IMG/VR virus record: IMGVR_UViG_3300026097_001139
Location: 1-64,000 of that record
Strand: one strand, 5' to 3'
Origin: a virus
Length of the DNA stretch: 64,000 bases
Shown here: piece after piece, positions 38,216 through 46,687 of the stretch
Numbering within the stretch: the stretch's first letter is position 1
How the letters are laid out: the number at the start of each line of letters is the position of its first letter
Made by a program: the position numbers and the translations under genes
The notes under the pieces: model-generated
Told to the model about the DNA's origin: nothing
Databases searched by the model: none
Seen by the model: the letters and a program-made list of their open reading frames with translations, nothing else

Positions 38216-39177
38216 TGGTACTCACTGAGTTTAAATCCTGTGCCTAGCATGTAGTTGACACTGGCAGTAGGATCATTACTCCACACCAGCACTTCTGGAT
38301 CGTCGTAGAGAAAATCACAGTTTTTACAGTATTCAATGTCGTCAAATCTGCCTTCTCTGTGCGCAGATCTCAACTGTTCATATTCATCGCCCCAGTAGAT
38401 ATCTTCGAAACTTTGATCTTCGAAGTGACCCAGCACACTGAGTGCTTCGTTAGGCGGGCCCATGGTTTGACAGCATGGAGTAACTGCACCTTGTTTGCCG
38501 TCTAATCCCCCTGCTCTCACTGTGAGTTCAGGAGCAAAAGGTCTGCCGCAGGTTTTTCTTTTCTCAGGGTTGCGTAAGTACAGTGGCTGATAGTTGCCAC
38601 TCCAGTTGTGCATTTTCCAGATATATCCTATGCAGCCCACTGAGTCTATGAATGCAGTTTTATACTGCTCTATTTCGTAGTCTATTTGACTGTTGTCCAG
38701 TATAAGATGATAACTGCTGAGTTCACAGGCACTGCGGTGACGTTGTATACACTGTTTGGTTTCTATGGCATTGTCACGTATTTCGTAAAAACGATCTTGA
38801 CTCATCCACTGCTTGTACAGAGCAGGAGTGTATCCTATACAGCTAAAGCGAATAAAATCGATGCCAGCGACGACTACGTCATTGAGAAAATCACCTGTTA
38901 AATTTGTACCGTTGCAGTACATGAAACTCTTTAGACCGCGGCGTGTGCAAGCCTCGATGTATTCAGGCAAGTCTTTGGCAAGAGTAGGCTCACCAGATCC
39001 CTCCAGGTTAATGATCGGAGTGCCGTATTTTGCTACAACCTGATCCAGCACAGACTCAAATAAATCAAGTGGCATTTTGCGAGTAAAATTTTGCCCGCGA
39101 CCTGTGCTTTGTGGACACATATCACAGGAATAGTTACACCCGCCAAATACTTCAAGGACAACTCGTTCTAGCTTCAT
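38212..39177 (-). CDS. Radical SAM protein with C-terminal SPASM/twitch domain
   Basis: CNYSCDMC, GSGEPT, CGRPF..PCC..CKNC. Confidence 0.92.
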   Translation of the reverse strand: MKLERVVLEVFGGCNYSCDMCPQSTGRGQNFTRKMPLDLFESVLDQVVAKYGTPIINLEGSGEPTLAKDLPEYIEACTRRGLKSFMYCNGTNLTGDFLNDVVVAGIDFIRFSCIGYTPALYKQWMSQDRFYEIRDNAIETKQCIQRHRSACELSSYHLILDNSQIDYEIEQYKTAFIDSVGCIGYIWKMHNWSGNYQPLYLRNPEKRKTCGRPFAPELTVRAGGLDGKQGAVTPCCQTMGPPNEALSVLGHFEDQSFEDIYWGDEYEQLRSAHREGRFDDIEYCKNCDFLYDDPEVLVWSNDPTASVNYMLGTGFKLSEYQ

Positions 39178-39183
39178 GGAAAG

Positions 39184-39191
39184 TATTTATA
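39184..39191 (-). promoter_or_regulatory. T4-type late promoter box TATAAATA
   Basis: Exact T4 late consensus 6 nt before the ATG; related TAA(A/G)TA boxes precede genes starting at 19295, 26147, 27879, 29290, 32966, 35746, 46643, 47290, 47933, 55755. Confidence 0.65.
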
Positions 39192-39210
39192 CGGTGTCAA
39201 TTGTGCTCCG

Positions 39211-39489
39211 CTAGCATTCTACTTCGGCACCGTAGCCGTCTTCTGTGCTGTACAGTCTCACAATTGGCTTGCCATCAATCTTCATTCCTACGGAAACATA
39301 TGGCCCGCCACTGGGATCAAACATACCAAGGTCGTCCATGTTGAGGCTGTCCTGTCCCTCTTTGCCGCCTAGACGACTGTACTTTAAACTGTCGCCGGTC
39401 ATGCGAAACTGATACCGGTTTTCCGCAAGTACAACCCAGGTATATTCATCGCCGTATCTATTAGAATAAACTTTGCCTGCTTCAAACAT
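39211..39489 (-). CDS. Hypothetical phage protein
   Basis: 92-aa ORF, TAATG overlap. Confidence 0.7.
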   Translation of the reverse strand: MFEAGKVYSNRYGDEYTWVVLAENRYQFRMTGDSLKYSRLGGKEGQDSLNMDDLGMFDPSGGPYVSVGMKIDGKPIVRLYSTEDGYGAEVEC

Positions 39490-39806
39490 TACAACTCCAC
39501 TATCTCTACACTGTCACCGAACCGTTCTTTCAGTTGATTCCAAACACCAGCATTGCTCATACGTAATCCTTGAGATTCTTTCAACAAACGGTATGTGCTA
39601 CCACTTTCTGTGGTTGCAGTAATCCATTCACTGTCAATGTCGATTTCTAAAATTTTAATAGGACTGCTCAAACGCCAACTATCACCGTCAAGATATCCAC
39701 CACTCCAACCTGACAGAATCTTTTGAAACTGTTTGCCACCGTGGTTGACTTCGATAATCACCCAAGAGTTTGGAGCAATATCCTGTTCTGGTTCAAGGTT
39801 CATCAT
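39489..39806 (-). CDS. Hypothetical phage protein (WSGGYLDGDSWRLSSPI motif)
   Basis: ORF; start placed at MMNLEP. Confidence 0.7.
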   Translation of the reverse strand: MMNLEPEQDIAPNSWVIIEVNHGGKQFQKILSGWSGGYLDGDSWRLSSPIKILEIDIDSEWITATTESGSTYRLLKESQGLRMSNAGVWNQLKERFGDSVEIVEL

Positions 39807-39954
39807 CTTTCCGGTATTCCTTATCCACATCTTCTATAAAACGTTTAACATACCCCATTGCCTCATCTGCGAGTTCAGGAGATACATCGTAAGTTTCTAT
39901 TATAGTCTCTAAATTTGTTTCAAACTGTTCTATAAGTTATTCTATTGTCAGCAA
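39793..39954 (-). pseudogene. Possible small gene interrupted by an in-frame TAA
   Basis: TTG-LTIE-TAA(39937-39939)-LIEQFETNLETIIETYDVSPELADEAMGYVKRFIEDVDKEYRKDDEP*. Confidence 0.3.
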
Positions 39955-39990
39955 AGTCTAAGCACCAGCGGAATATTTTACGAATCTTTA

Positions 39991-40206
39991 TCATACTTGA
40001 TCCATTGTGCGTTCGTGTTCTTCTTCATAGTAGATAGGATCCATTTCTAAACTGGCAGAATAGTCGAATATATTATAACCTTGAAGAGCGTACCAAGTGG
40101 CTCGCTTAGGTGTCATAATTAGCAATTTGTCTCGCACACTTCCAGCACTTGCCACACGAGAGTGCGGTTCAAATCTTTCAATGCTGTAGAGCCTATGTTC
40201 AATCAC
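39991..40206 (-). CDS. Hypothetical protein
   Basis: 71-aa ORF, GTGA overlap. Confidence 0.6.
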   Translation of the reverse strand: MIEHRLYSIERFEPHSRVASAGSVRDKLLIMTPKRATWYALQGYNIFDYSASLEMDPIYYEEEHERTMDQV

Positions 40207-40967
40207 AGTTCGGGTCCTTGCTTGCGAATCTGTTTATTATATGCTATTGCTTCTTCAATCAGCGTGAACGGCACATTTCTATCTCTACAGAGTTTTACCA
40301 TTGCGGCGGTATCTTTAGGAAAACAATGTCCTCCCCAACCTCGTTGTTCTGTGACATATGAATGATCAGAATTAATTCTACTATCTCTACAAACGCTTTC
40401 TCGAACATTTGAAAAATCAGCACCAACAGTTTCACACAAGTCATACAGTTGATTGAAAAAACTTACCTTCGTTGCTAGATAACTGTTTTCAGCATATTTT
40501 ACAATGCTTGCTTCGATGTCTGATATTAAGTAACATTCGATATTTGGGAAGGCGATGTTCCATACCCTTTTCCAGAAGTCTTGATCTCCGCCACCTAGGA
40601 TTACAAAATCTTGATTTTTAAAATCTTCATCTGCTGTATTTTGTCTTAAAAATTCAGGGGAGTATGTTATAGCATGTTCTGGGAATTGTTTCTGGATCGA
40701 AATCACTCCATCTATGTCAACGGCACTTTTTATTACAACAGGGATCTCCGGTGAAACAGTTTCTAGGACACTCACAATCCTGGAATAATCACAACTTCCG
40801 TCGGAACTCTCAGGGGTATTTACACAAATCACTACACCTATTACATCTGTATAATTAGCAACCGTTTCTGGACCTAGTTTAGGATCTACAACAACAATTT
40901 CCATGTGTTGTTTAAACTTATTTGCTACTGCGTGTCCGACAGATCCGTACCCAGCAATTGCTATCAT
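40203..40967 (-). CDS. UDP-glucose/GDP-mannose 6-dehydrogenase family (short form)
   Basis: GYGSVG, CVNTP, IKS, SPEFL, KYAENSYLATKVSFFN, GWGGHCFPKD. Confidence 0.9.
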   Translation of the reverse strand: MIAIAGYGSVGHAVANKFKQHMEIVVVDPKLGPETVANYTDVIGVVICVNTPESSDGSCDYSRIVSVLETVSPEIPVVIKSAVDIDGVISIQKQFPEHAITYSPEFLRQNTADEDFKNQDFVILGGGDQDFWKRVWNIAFPNIECYLISDIEASIVKYAENSYLATKVSFFNQLYDLCETVGADFSNVRESVCRDSRINSDHSYVTEQRGWGGHCFPKDTAAMVKLCRDRNVPFTLIEEAIAYNKQIRKQGPEL

Positions 40968-40968
40968 C

Positions 40969-41445
40969 TTATTTCCTTGTGCAATCCATTTTGTGGATAT
41001 GTTCTTTGTTTTCTCTCAAATCAGTTACCAATCCGCACTCATAACACTTAAACCAAACATCATCTGCCCAACGAATCTTTCTACCACTGTGTTGTTCATA
41101 CTTTGCGATGATGTCGTCGAACTCCCACAGTTCTTCTGTTTCAAAGTCATCTAACCAATCACCAAAGTGATTCCAATCTTCCGTTCGCATAGGTGCAACA
41201 TCGTATTCGTGCCAACCGTTCCAATAATCATCGCCTGGAACATTCCGAATGTCGATACGACCTGTTGAATAATCTTCGGTGACTTCTTGTCGTTCAAAAG
41301 TGTCACCAACTTTATACCTACCCTTCTCGACAAGCACACTGCCCTCTTGAACGACATGTGTCACTGTTTTGGTAAGTCCACGCTCCTCATACCACTGCAT
41401 ATTAGCAACTCCCATCCAGTTAGTTGAATAACTTATAGCCATCAC
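40969..41445 (-). CDS. Hypothetical protein with C-terminal CxxC..H...C putative zinc site
   Basis: ORF in operon; CYEC..HIHKMDC. Confidence 0.7.
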   Translation of the reverse strand: MMAISYSTNWMGVANMQWYEERGLTKTVTHVVQEGSVLVEKGRYKVGDTFERQEVTEDYSTGRIDIRNVPGDDYWNGWHEYDVAPMRTEDWNHFGDWLDDFETEELWEFDDIIAKYEQHSGRKIRWADDVWFKCYECGLVTDLRENKEHIHKMDCTRK

Positions 41446-41657
41446 TCACCTTTCCAGTTGATCAACACCTGTAAACATTCCCATTCACCGTAAGTGAGAC
41501 TAAACCGTTCAGTGCTGTTTTTGCGGTCAATCACAATGTCGCATCCTTCGCCATTGCTCCACTCAGTGACTTCCATGTAGTCATTCTCGCCAGCATGGAA
41601 ACAGTAGGGTTTGAGTTGAGAGAATACTGCTCGTCTTTGTGATACTTCAATGCTCAC
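41442..41657 (-). CDS. Hypothetical phage protein
   Basis: Start placed at GTG 41657; EVTEWSNGEG.D motif. Confidence 0.6.
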   Translation of the reverse strand: MSIEVSQRRAVFSQLKPYCFHAGENDYMEVTEWSNGEGCDIVIDRKNSTERFSLTYGEWECLQVLINWKGE

Positions 41658-41838
41658 GCCTTCTCTCCACAAAAATCTTAAGTGTACCACCATCGTCCTG
41701 AAAATCATAGCGCAAGCTCTCGCCTGATCGAAAGTGGCGTGTATAACTGCGACCGTCTTCGTCGATTACTTCCAGTCGGTTAACCTTTGCTAATTTCTCT
41801 GTGGCAAGTTCTAACGCCATTTCATGTAGGTCCATCAT
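41647..41838 (-). CDS. Hypothetical phage protein
   Basis: VNRLEVIDEDGRSY..QDDGGTLKIF; ATGA overlap. Confidence 0.65.
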   Translation of the reverse strand: MMDLHEMALELATEKLAKVNRLEVIDEDGRSYTRHFRSGESLRYDFQDDGGTLKIFVERRREH

Positions 41839-42032
41839 TTGTCTCCAAATACATCAGGTGCAGATTCTGCCGCACGTTGCATATCATAGTCCAGGGGATA
41901 GTGCTTCAAACACCTGCGTGCCTGTTCTCTAACATACTTGGGCACACGCGGCGTTTTCTTTGGATCTAGCAAGTCTTTCAAAAACTGTTCTGTGTTAATT
42001 ACAGCATGTTTCCTTTCGACAGGCAGTGTCAT
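41835..42032 (-). CDS. Hypothetical phage protein (MTLP.ER..LKHYP)
   Basis: 65-aa ORF in operon. Confidence 0.65.
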   Translation of the reverse strand: MTLPVERKHAVINTEQFLKDLLDPKKTPRVPKYVREQARRCLKHYPLDYDMQRAAESAPDVFGDK

Positions 42033-42034
42033 AT

Positions 42035-42655
42035 CTAGGGTCTCTTCTCTACCACTTGATCTGCTAGTCCATATTCCACAGCTTCTTGAGCACTGAGAAA
42101 AGTATCAAACTTCATGTCTTCGTATAAGTCATCGTAGGTTTTACCTGCTGTGTTATGCACAGCATACAGTTCAGTTAACCTTTTGTTGATTCTCTTGCTT
42201 TCATCTAGATGTCGCTTTTGATCCTCAAACTCAAGCTCTTGTACGTGCACACTGCCTGACGTGCCGCGTGTACCAGAACTTACCCTGTGGATCATTGTGC
42301 GTGACTCGGGTAATACATAGCGTTTACCGGGCGCACCTGCCATTGCCAGGAACGATCCCATGCTGGCAGCCTGGCCCATTACATAGGTTGCTACATCAGG
42401 CTTGATAAACTGCATGGTATCATATATGCTTAATCCAGCAGTAACGCCGCCGCCTGGACTGTTGATAAACAAGCTGATTTCTTTTTCAGGATTTTCGCTT
42501 TCTAAAAATAACAACTGTGCTACCACAGTGTTCGCCATGTGATCTTCAACTACGCCGTTGAGCATCACAATGCGTTCTTTGAGCAGTCTACTGTAGATGT
42601 CATAAGCACGTTCGCCTTTGGCTGTGCTTTCTACTACCATTGGAATTAAAGACAT
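42035..42655 (-). CDS. clpP: ATP-dependent Clp protease proteolytic subunit
   Basis: [25 protein letters not shown] (Ser), MIH (His), [17 protein letters not shown] (Asp); true start MSLIPMV after AAGGA. Confidence 0.95.
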   Translation of the reverse strand: MSLIPMVVESTAKGERAYDIYSRLLKERIVMLNGVVEDHMANTVVAQLLFLESENPEKEISLFINSPGGGVTAGLSIYDTMQFIKPDVATYVMGQAASMGSFLAMAGAPGKRYVLPESRTMIHRVSSGTRGTSGSVHVQELEFEDQKRHLDESKRINKRLTELYAVHNTAGKTYDDLYEDMKFDTFLSAQEAVEYGLADQVVEKRP

Positions 42656-42670
42656 GTTTTTCCTTATAGT

Positions 42671-42745
42671 TGGAGCTACGGACAGGACTTGCACCTGCAT
42701 AAAACGGATTTGCAGTCCGTCGCCTAACTGTTCAGCCACCGTAGC
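42671..42745 (-). tRNA. tRNA-Cys (GCA)
   Basis: Acceptor GCTACGG/CCGTAGC, U73, encoded CCA, anticodon arm ACGGA-CTGCAAA-TCCGT. Confidence 0.92.
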
Positions 42746-42749
42746 ATGC

Positions 42750-42823
42750 TGGCACCGGATGACGGAATCGAACCGCCGCCAAGGGTTTTGGAGACCCCTG
42801 TCATACCATTAGACCAATCCGGC
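42750..42823 (-). tRNA. tRNA-Trp (CCA)
   Basis: Acceptor GCCGGAT/ATCCGGT, G73, encoded CCA, anticodon arm GGGGT-CTCCAAA-ACCCT, T-loop TTCGATT. Confidence 0.93.
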
Positions 42824-43023
42824 TATTTTTGTTCAACTTTTTGCAATTGCTCAACCATGTTCAAAAACTGATCAAACATTTGGTTGGTTTTGTCCTTGCC
42901 TGCAGGAATACAAATTGCCTTAGCATCGTGCACTCGCACCTGCTCAAGTGCTTCCTGACAAACATCTTTGCTAGCATATGACATTTCCAGTCCTAACGCA
43001 ACCGATAAGAGCAAATAGGTCAT
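42823..43023 (-). CDS. Hypothetical protein
   Basis: 66-aa ORF, ATGA overlap. Confidence 0.6.
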   Translation of the reverse strand: MTYLLLSVALGLEMSYASKDVCQEALEQVRVHDAKAICIPAGKDKTNQMFDQFLNMVEQLQKVEQK

Positions 43024-43259
43024 ACCACTGGCACCTCATGGTTGAATGCTTTGATGATGGCTTCTTGTTCAACCTGCTTTGCACGACTGTTAAAGGTGTC
43101 AATCAAACTGTCCATCATGAAGTCGCTGAGTGCGTCACTGCATCCCAGCAGTGCGCCTTGTAAATTTGCCGTGGCGTACAAATAAGCGTCGCCGCCATAG
43201 AGATTTTTCTGTGCAGCTATCATGCGTTCAATTGCCGCTGACAGTTGGTCTTTTTTCAT
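43020..43259 (-). CDS. Hypothetical protein
   Basis: 79-aa ORF, GAGG SD, ATGA overlap. Confidence 0.65.
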   Translation of the reverse strand: MKKDQLSAAIERMIAAQKNLYGGDAYLYATANLQGALLGCSDALSDFMMDSLIDTFNSRAKQVEQEAIIKAFNHEVPVV

Positions 43260-43459
43260 CGTGTTACCTCTTTGATTGAGTTTTGCAACTCTTTGTCAAT
43301 TACTTTTTTGAATTTTCTATATCGCTTGCCAAATGTCATGGGCTTGGAGAACACATCAATTTCTCCTGAGTCTCTTCGATAGGCAAACATTTTGTCACCT
43401 TTAACCAAGTAGGTGTGGCAACGCAGACCAACAGTTTGTTCCAGCAATGCTTCCATCAT
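43256..43459 (-). CDS. Hypothetical protein
   Basis: 67-aa ORF, GGAGG SD, ATGA overlap. Confidence 0.65.
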   Translation of the reverse strand: MMEALLEQTVGLRCHTYLVKGDKMFAYRRDSGEIDVFSKPMTFGKRYRKFKKVIDKELQNSIKEVTR

Positions 43460-43848
43460 GCCGCCTCCAAATCAAAGTATTCTTCATAGGGCAGAGGCTC
43501 AACATCATCTGGCAAGCCTTTTTTGCACTCTGCTTCCCAAGCCTCTGCGGCCTGCTCTTCCTCGAACTGAATACGCAGTTGAGCGCAGATGTTATCGTAG
43601 GTAGCCTCCATGTCCTCGATGCTCATCTCATCCCAGTCAAGGCGCAAGCGGCAACCGTAGAGGTCCTTGCTCGCATCGCTGATACCATTGATCAACTCGT
43701 TGCGACGGAAGTCCTCTACAGTGTAGATGCCCATGTCATACCAATGACTCATATCGTCTGTGTACTTAGACATCCACAGACTAGGCTCCTGTTCCATCAT
43801 CAGGTCAGCCTTAGCATTCAAACTCTCAATGTATTGTAACAAAGTCAT
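43456..43848 (-). CDS. Acidic hypothetical early protein
   Basis: 130-aa ORF, AAGGAG SD. Confidence 0.7.
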   Translation of the reverse strand: MTLLQYIESLNAKADLMMEQEPSLWMSKYTDDMSHWYDMGIYTVEDFRRNELINGISDASKDLYGCRLRLDWDEMSIEDMEATYDNICAQLRIQFEEEQAAEAWEAECKKGLPDDVEPLPYEEYFDLEAA

Positions 43849-43979
43849 ACTAGCTCTCCTTGATATTCTTTGATTTCAATAACTCGGTTGATCCACTGTG
43901 GTAGCAACGAAAACCCTTGTTGATTTGCACTCACGCACAAGCTGAACTTGTCGTTGAAAAAAACAAAAGTTTTGACCAT
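43845..43979 (-). CDS. Small hypothetical protein (44 aa)
   Basis: Hand-translated MVKTFVFFNDKF..YQGELV; ATGA overlap with the next gene. Confidence 0.5.
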   Translation of the reverse strand: MVKTFVFFNDKFSLCVSANQQGFSLLPQWINRVIEIKEYQGELV

Positions 43980-43993
43980 TTGTGGTTTGCGCT

Positions 43994-44107
43994 TTACCAT
44001 TTTGTAAACAATTCGCCTTTAACAGCAAGAGCAATTACCAGTCCAAGGACCGTGACTGCAAGACCAATTTCATCGGCATATGTAGTCTGGTAAACAAAAT
44101 TAGGCAT
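43994..44107 (-). CDS. Small membrane protein (37 aa)
   Basis: Hand-translated MPNFVYQTTYADEIGLAVTVLGLVIALAVKGELFTKW; GGAG SD, directly after a promoter. Confidence 0.6.
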   Translation of the reverse strand: MPNFVYQTTYADEIGLAVTVLGLVIALAVKGELFTKW

Positions 44108-44138
44108 TTGTGTACTCCATATCAAACCCTACATATAC

Positions 44139-44167
44139 ATAATACTAAAGCAGCGATGGTGTGTCAA
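44139..44167 (-). promoter_or_regulatory. Sigma70-type (early) promoter
   Basis: TTGACA-N17-TATTAT with an upstream A-tract. Confidence 0.85.
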
Positions 44168-44200
44168 CCTTTTTATCAAAAAGAGTTAAATTTTTAGTAA

Positions 44201-44785
44201 TCAAGCAACCACAAGTTCGTAGATTTCCTTCCAGTTACGCACCCGGGTGATATTGAGATTGGTTGAATCAAACTCCAGGTTATGCCCGTGATCCATAAGC
44301 AAGCTGCGTAGCCCGCAACGTGATCCCTCCACAGCATTTTCTGGTTTGTCTTCTACCCACCAACAACCAGTGTTGGTATACTCGTCCAGTGCTTCGTCTT
44401 TGTCTGCACCAGTGTCCAGGTACACATAACGTTCAAACACACTGTCGCCAAACATTTCGCGAAGATTTTTGGTACGCAAGTGTTGTGCATACACTTCGTT
44501 GCTGAGACTGGTGATAGCATGGAAAATATAACCGTGTTCTTGATGCAGTTTTTTCACATAGTGAATTGCATCACGCAAAGGCGGTAGTTTGCGTATCTGT
44601 GCACTTTCGTTGAACATGCGAATCAAGCGTTTTGCTTCACTGCTTTCAATGCCATACTTGATGTGCATTTTGTATTGACCCAGTGATTTCACAGTGTAAC
44701 CGTGACGCTTCATCCACTGATCGAACGCATATTCCCAGTCCAGTAATACACCGTCGCAGTCTACCAATATTACTTTGTCTTTCAT
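44201..44785 (-). CDS. HAD-family phosphatase (5'(3')-deoxyribonucleotidase / T4 gp30.2-like)
   Basis: LVDCDGVLLDW, AITS, K, VEDKPEN. Confidence 0.8.
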   Translation of the reverse strand: MKDKVILVDCDGVLLDWEYAFDQWMKRHGYTVKSLGQYKMHIKYGIESSEAKRLIRMFNESAQIRKLPPLRDAIHYVKKLHQEHGYIFHAITSLSNEVYAQHLRTKNLREMFGDSVFERYVYLDTGADKDEALDEYTNTGCWWVEDKPENAVEGSRCGLRSLLMDHGHNLEFDSTNLNITRVRNWKEIYELVVA

Positions 44786-44964
44786 TGTTCTTCCAAGATT
44801 ACTTTGAATTGATTGTAGCTTGCACGTAGTTCACGCAACAGCATGCCTCTTGTGCTTGGCGATATTGTTTCCAAGAAAAGATCATGCACTGGTTCTGGAT
44901 CACCGTGATGGTCGCCAATGCGATCAATCAGTTCTTTTACTAGTTGATCTGATGTTGCATTCAT
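44782..44964 (-). CDS. Hypothetical protein
   Basis: 60-aa ORF, AGGAG SD. Confidence 0.6.
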   Translation of the reverse strand: MNATSDQLVKELIDRIGDHHGDPEPVHDLFLETISPSTRGMLLRELRASYNQFKVILEEQ

Positions 44965-44977
44965 ATATATGCTCCTG

Positions 44978-45349
44978 TTAAGCTACATGCACACTGTAGC
45001 TGTTTGTGCGCGGTTTATAAACAAGTGTGTACCCTAGTTGCTCCAACTGCTGTATTGCACGCTGTTTGCGAATTTTGTGTTCCGATACAGTGTACTGCAC
45101 AACACGATCATATTTTACTTCCGTGTGGGCTGGTTTGCGGCGTGTTGCTGGACGAGCAGTTTGGTATGCATTGGTGTAAGAAAAAACTAGGTTGCGAAGG
45201 ATATTGTCAACAGCAGCTACGTTTGCTTGATGTGAAGCACTGTCAAAAAGTGTGCGATTAGCGCGATATGCAGCACGAGCACGACTGTTAATGTCCATTA
45301 CAGCAAAACGCTTGTTTACGGACTCGTTTGTGTCTTTTACTTGCAACAT
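44978..45349 (-). CDS. Hypothetical early protein
   Basis: Start placed at MLQVKD after GAGGA. Confidence 0.65.
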   Translation of the reverse strand: MLQVKDTNESVNKRFAVMDINSRARAAYRANRTLFDSASHQANVAAVDNILRNLVFSYTNAYQTARPATRRKPAHTEVKYDRVVQYTVSEHKIRKQRAIQQLEQLGYTLVYKPRTNSYSVHVA

Positions 45350-45381
45350 GCAGTTGATCCTCATAACTTCACTGTACATAT

Positions 45382-45410
45382 AGTATATGATCAGTTTGCA
45401 AAAAGGTCAA
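45382..45410 (-). promoter_or_regulatory. Sigma70-type (early) promoter
   Basis: TTGACC-N17-TATACT; the -35 box sits in the palindrome CAAAAAGG-TTGA-CCTTTTTG. Confidence 0.8.
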
Positions 45411-45422
45411 CCTTTTTGAATT

Positions 45423-45626
45423 TTAGAGTTGAGGATCCGATCCTGGATATACATATTGCTCTGGATCAAAGTCTGATGCGCCACTGGCTGGCCCAAACAA
45501 AGCATCAGCTTCGTCTTTTACCCAGGTCAAGCTTACATCCAACTTTTTGGCAATCTGCTCCTGTGTGAGCTTGCCTTCGCGTAGAAGTTCTTGTATTTCA
45601 AATATTGTTGCACTCATAGCACTCAT
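45423..45626 (-). CDS. Small helix-turn-helix protein
   Basis: LTQEQIAKKLDVSLTWVK; GGGAG SD; start MSAMSA. Confidence 0.65.
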   Translation of the reverse strand: MSAMSATIFEIQELLREGKLTQEQIAKKLDVSLTWVKDEADALFGPASGASDFDPEQYVYPGSDPQL

Positions 45627-45658
45627 AAAAATCTCCCAGTACACAACATAATACATGT

Positions 45659-45687
45659 AGTATACTTGGGAGATCCATCATTGTCAA
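45659..45687 (-). promoter_or_regulatory. Sigma70-type (early) promoter
   Basis: TTGACA-N17-TATACT. Confidence 0.85.
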
Positions 45688-46643
45688 TGGGTATTTTCGA
45701 TACTGTCTACCAGTCCTGGAGAAAACACAGTTTTTGCATGTGTCTTGCGGATTTCCGCTGCACGAGCATGCAATTCTGCTTCTTCTTCTTCGCTTAGGTA
45801 AACAATGTTAACACCTTCGCTTTCTAGCTTGCGTAGGTTTGTTTCGCCGTCTTTCAAGCTCAGTGCACGTTCGTTCCGCGCTGCTTGAATTGCCGCTTTG
45901 ATGAACACATCCTGCACTGCCTGTGGCAAGCTGTTGAACCAATCTTGGTTAACAACAATGCTTGTAAGGAACAAACTGTGCTCAGTGTGAACAATACTTT
46001 CGATCCACTCGTCACAACGATCAGGATAAATTCTCTGCGTTACGTATTCTGCAGCCTGTACTTTACCATTTTTAGCTAGTTCCCAAGTTTGCTCTGTGTC
46101 AGCCGGAACAGCTTCGCCGCCTAGCATTTCAATAGCTTCTTGAGCTTGTTGACTTAGTCCTGCACGAATTGGCAAACCAGCTAGTTCGCCCAAGCTGGTT
46201 ACACGCTGACTGCTTGGTAGCAATCTGTAACCACCACTGTAGGTGTAGGCTAGTCCTTTGATGCCACTGTCTTTGTCAAACTTGTTAAGAAGTTCTTCGC
46301 CAATTTCACCTTCTAGAACTTTTGCCGCATGCTCGTGATCGCGGAAAAGATAAGGCAAGTCAAGTACATGCATTTCTGGATTGAACTGACGTGCAAGACT
46401 GGTTGTTTGCATCTGTGCAATCTGCACCTCGCCACTCTGTAGCAGTCTCCAGAGGTTGTGTCTATTAACTGGCACTTTTGCTTGGTGCTTTGCGTTGTAT
46501 TCGTCGTCAGTGAGCACCTCGACATTGATGTCAAGATCGTCGCCTGCGTACTCTTTGACTAGGTTAGCAAAGTCTTCTGCTACTCTGTAAAAGAGGTATT
46601 TTGGTTCATGGGCAATAACCCAAGTTAGGTTGTAAGTTGTCAT
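45684..46643 (-). CDS. TRAP transporter substrate-binding protein (DctP-like), no signal peptide
   Basis: LDLPYLFRDHEHA..VLEGEIG, GYR, LAGLPIR, VNQDWFNSLP..Q; start MTTYNL. Confidence 0.85.
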   Translation of the reverse strand: MTTYNLTWVIAHEPKYLFYRVAEDFANLVKEYAGDDLDINVEVLTDDEYNAKHQAKVPVNRHNLWRLLQSGEVQIAQMQTTSLARQFNPEMHVLDLPYLFRDHEHAAKVLEGEIGEELLNKFDKDSGIKGLAYTYSGGYRLLPSSQRVTSLGELAGLPIRAGLSQQAQEAIEMLGGEAVPADTEQTWELAKNGKVQAAEYVTQRIYPDRCDEWIESIVHTEHSLFLTSIVVNQDWFNSLPQAVQDVFIKAAIQAARNERALSLKDGETNLRKLESEGVNIVYLSEEEEAELHARAAEIRKTHAKTVFSPGLVDSIENTH

Positions 46644-46687
46644 AAGATCTCTCTCTAATATTGCAATACGAATGGTATTTAGCAAGG

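Noticed and set aside
42656-42739. N-terminal extension of ClpP given in the ORF track
   Set aside because: It runs through tRNA-Cys; the conserved ClpP start with an SD is at 42655.
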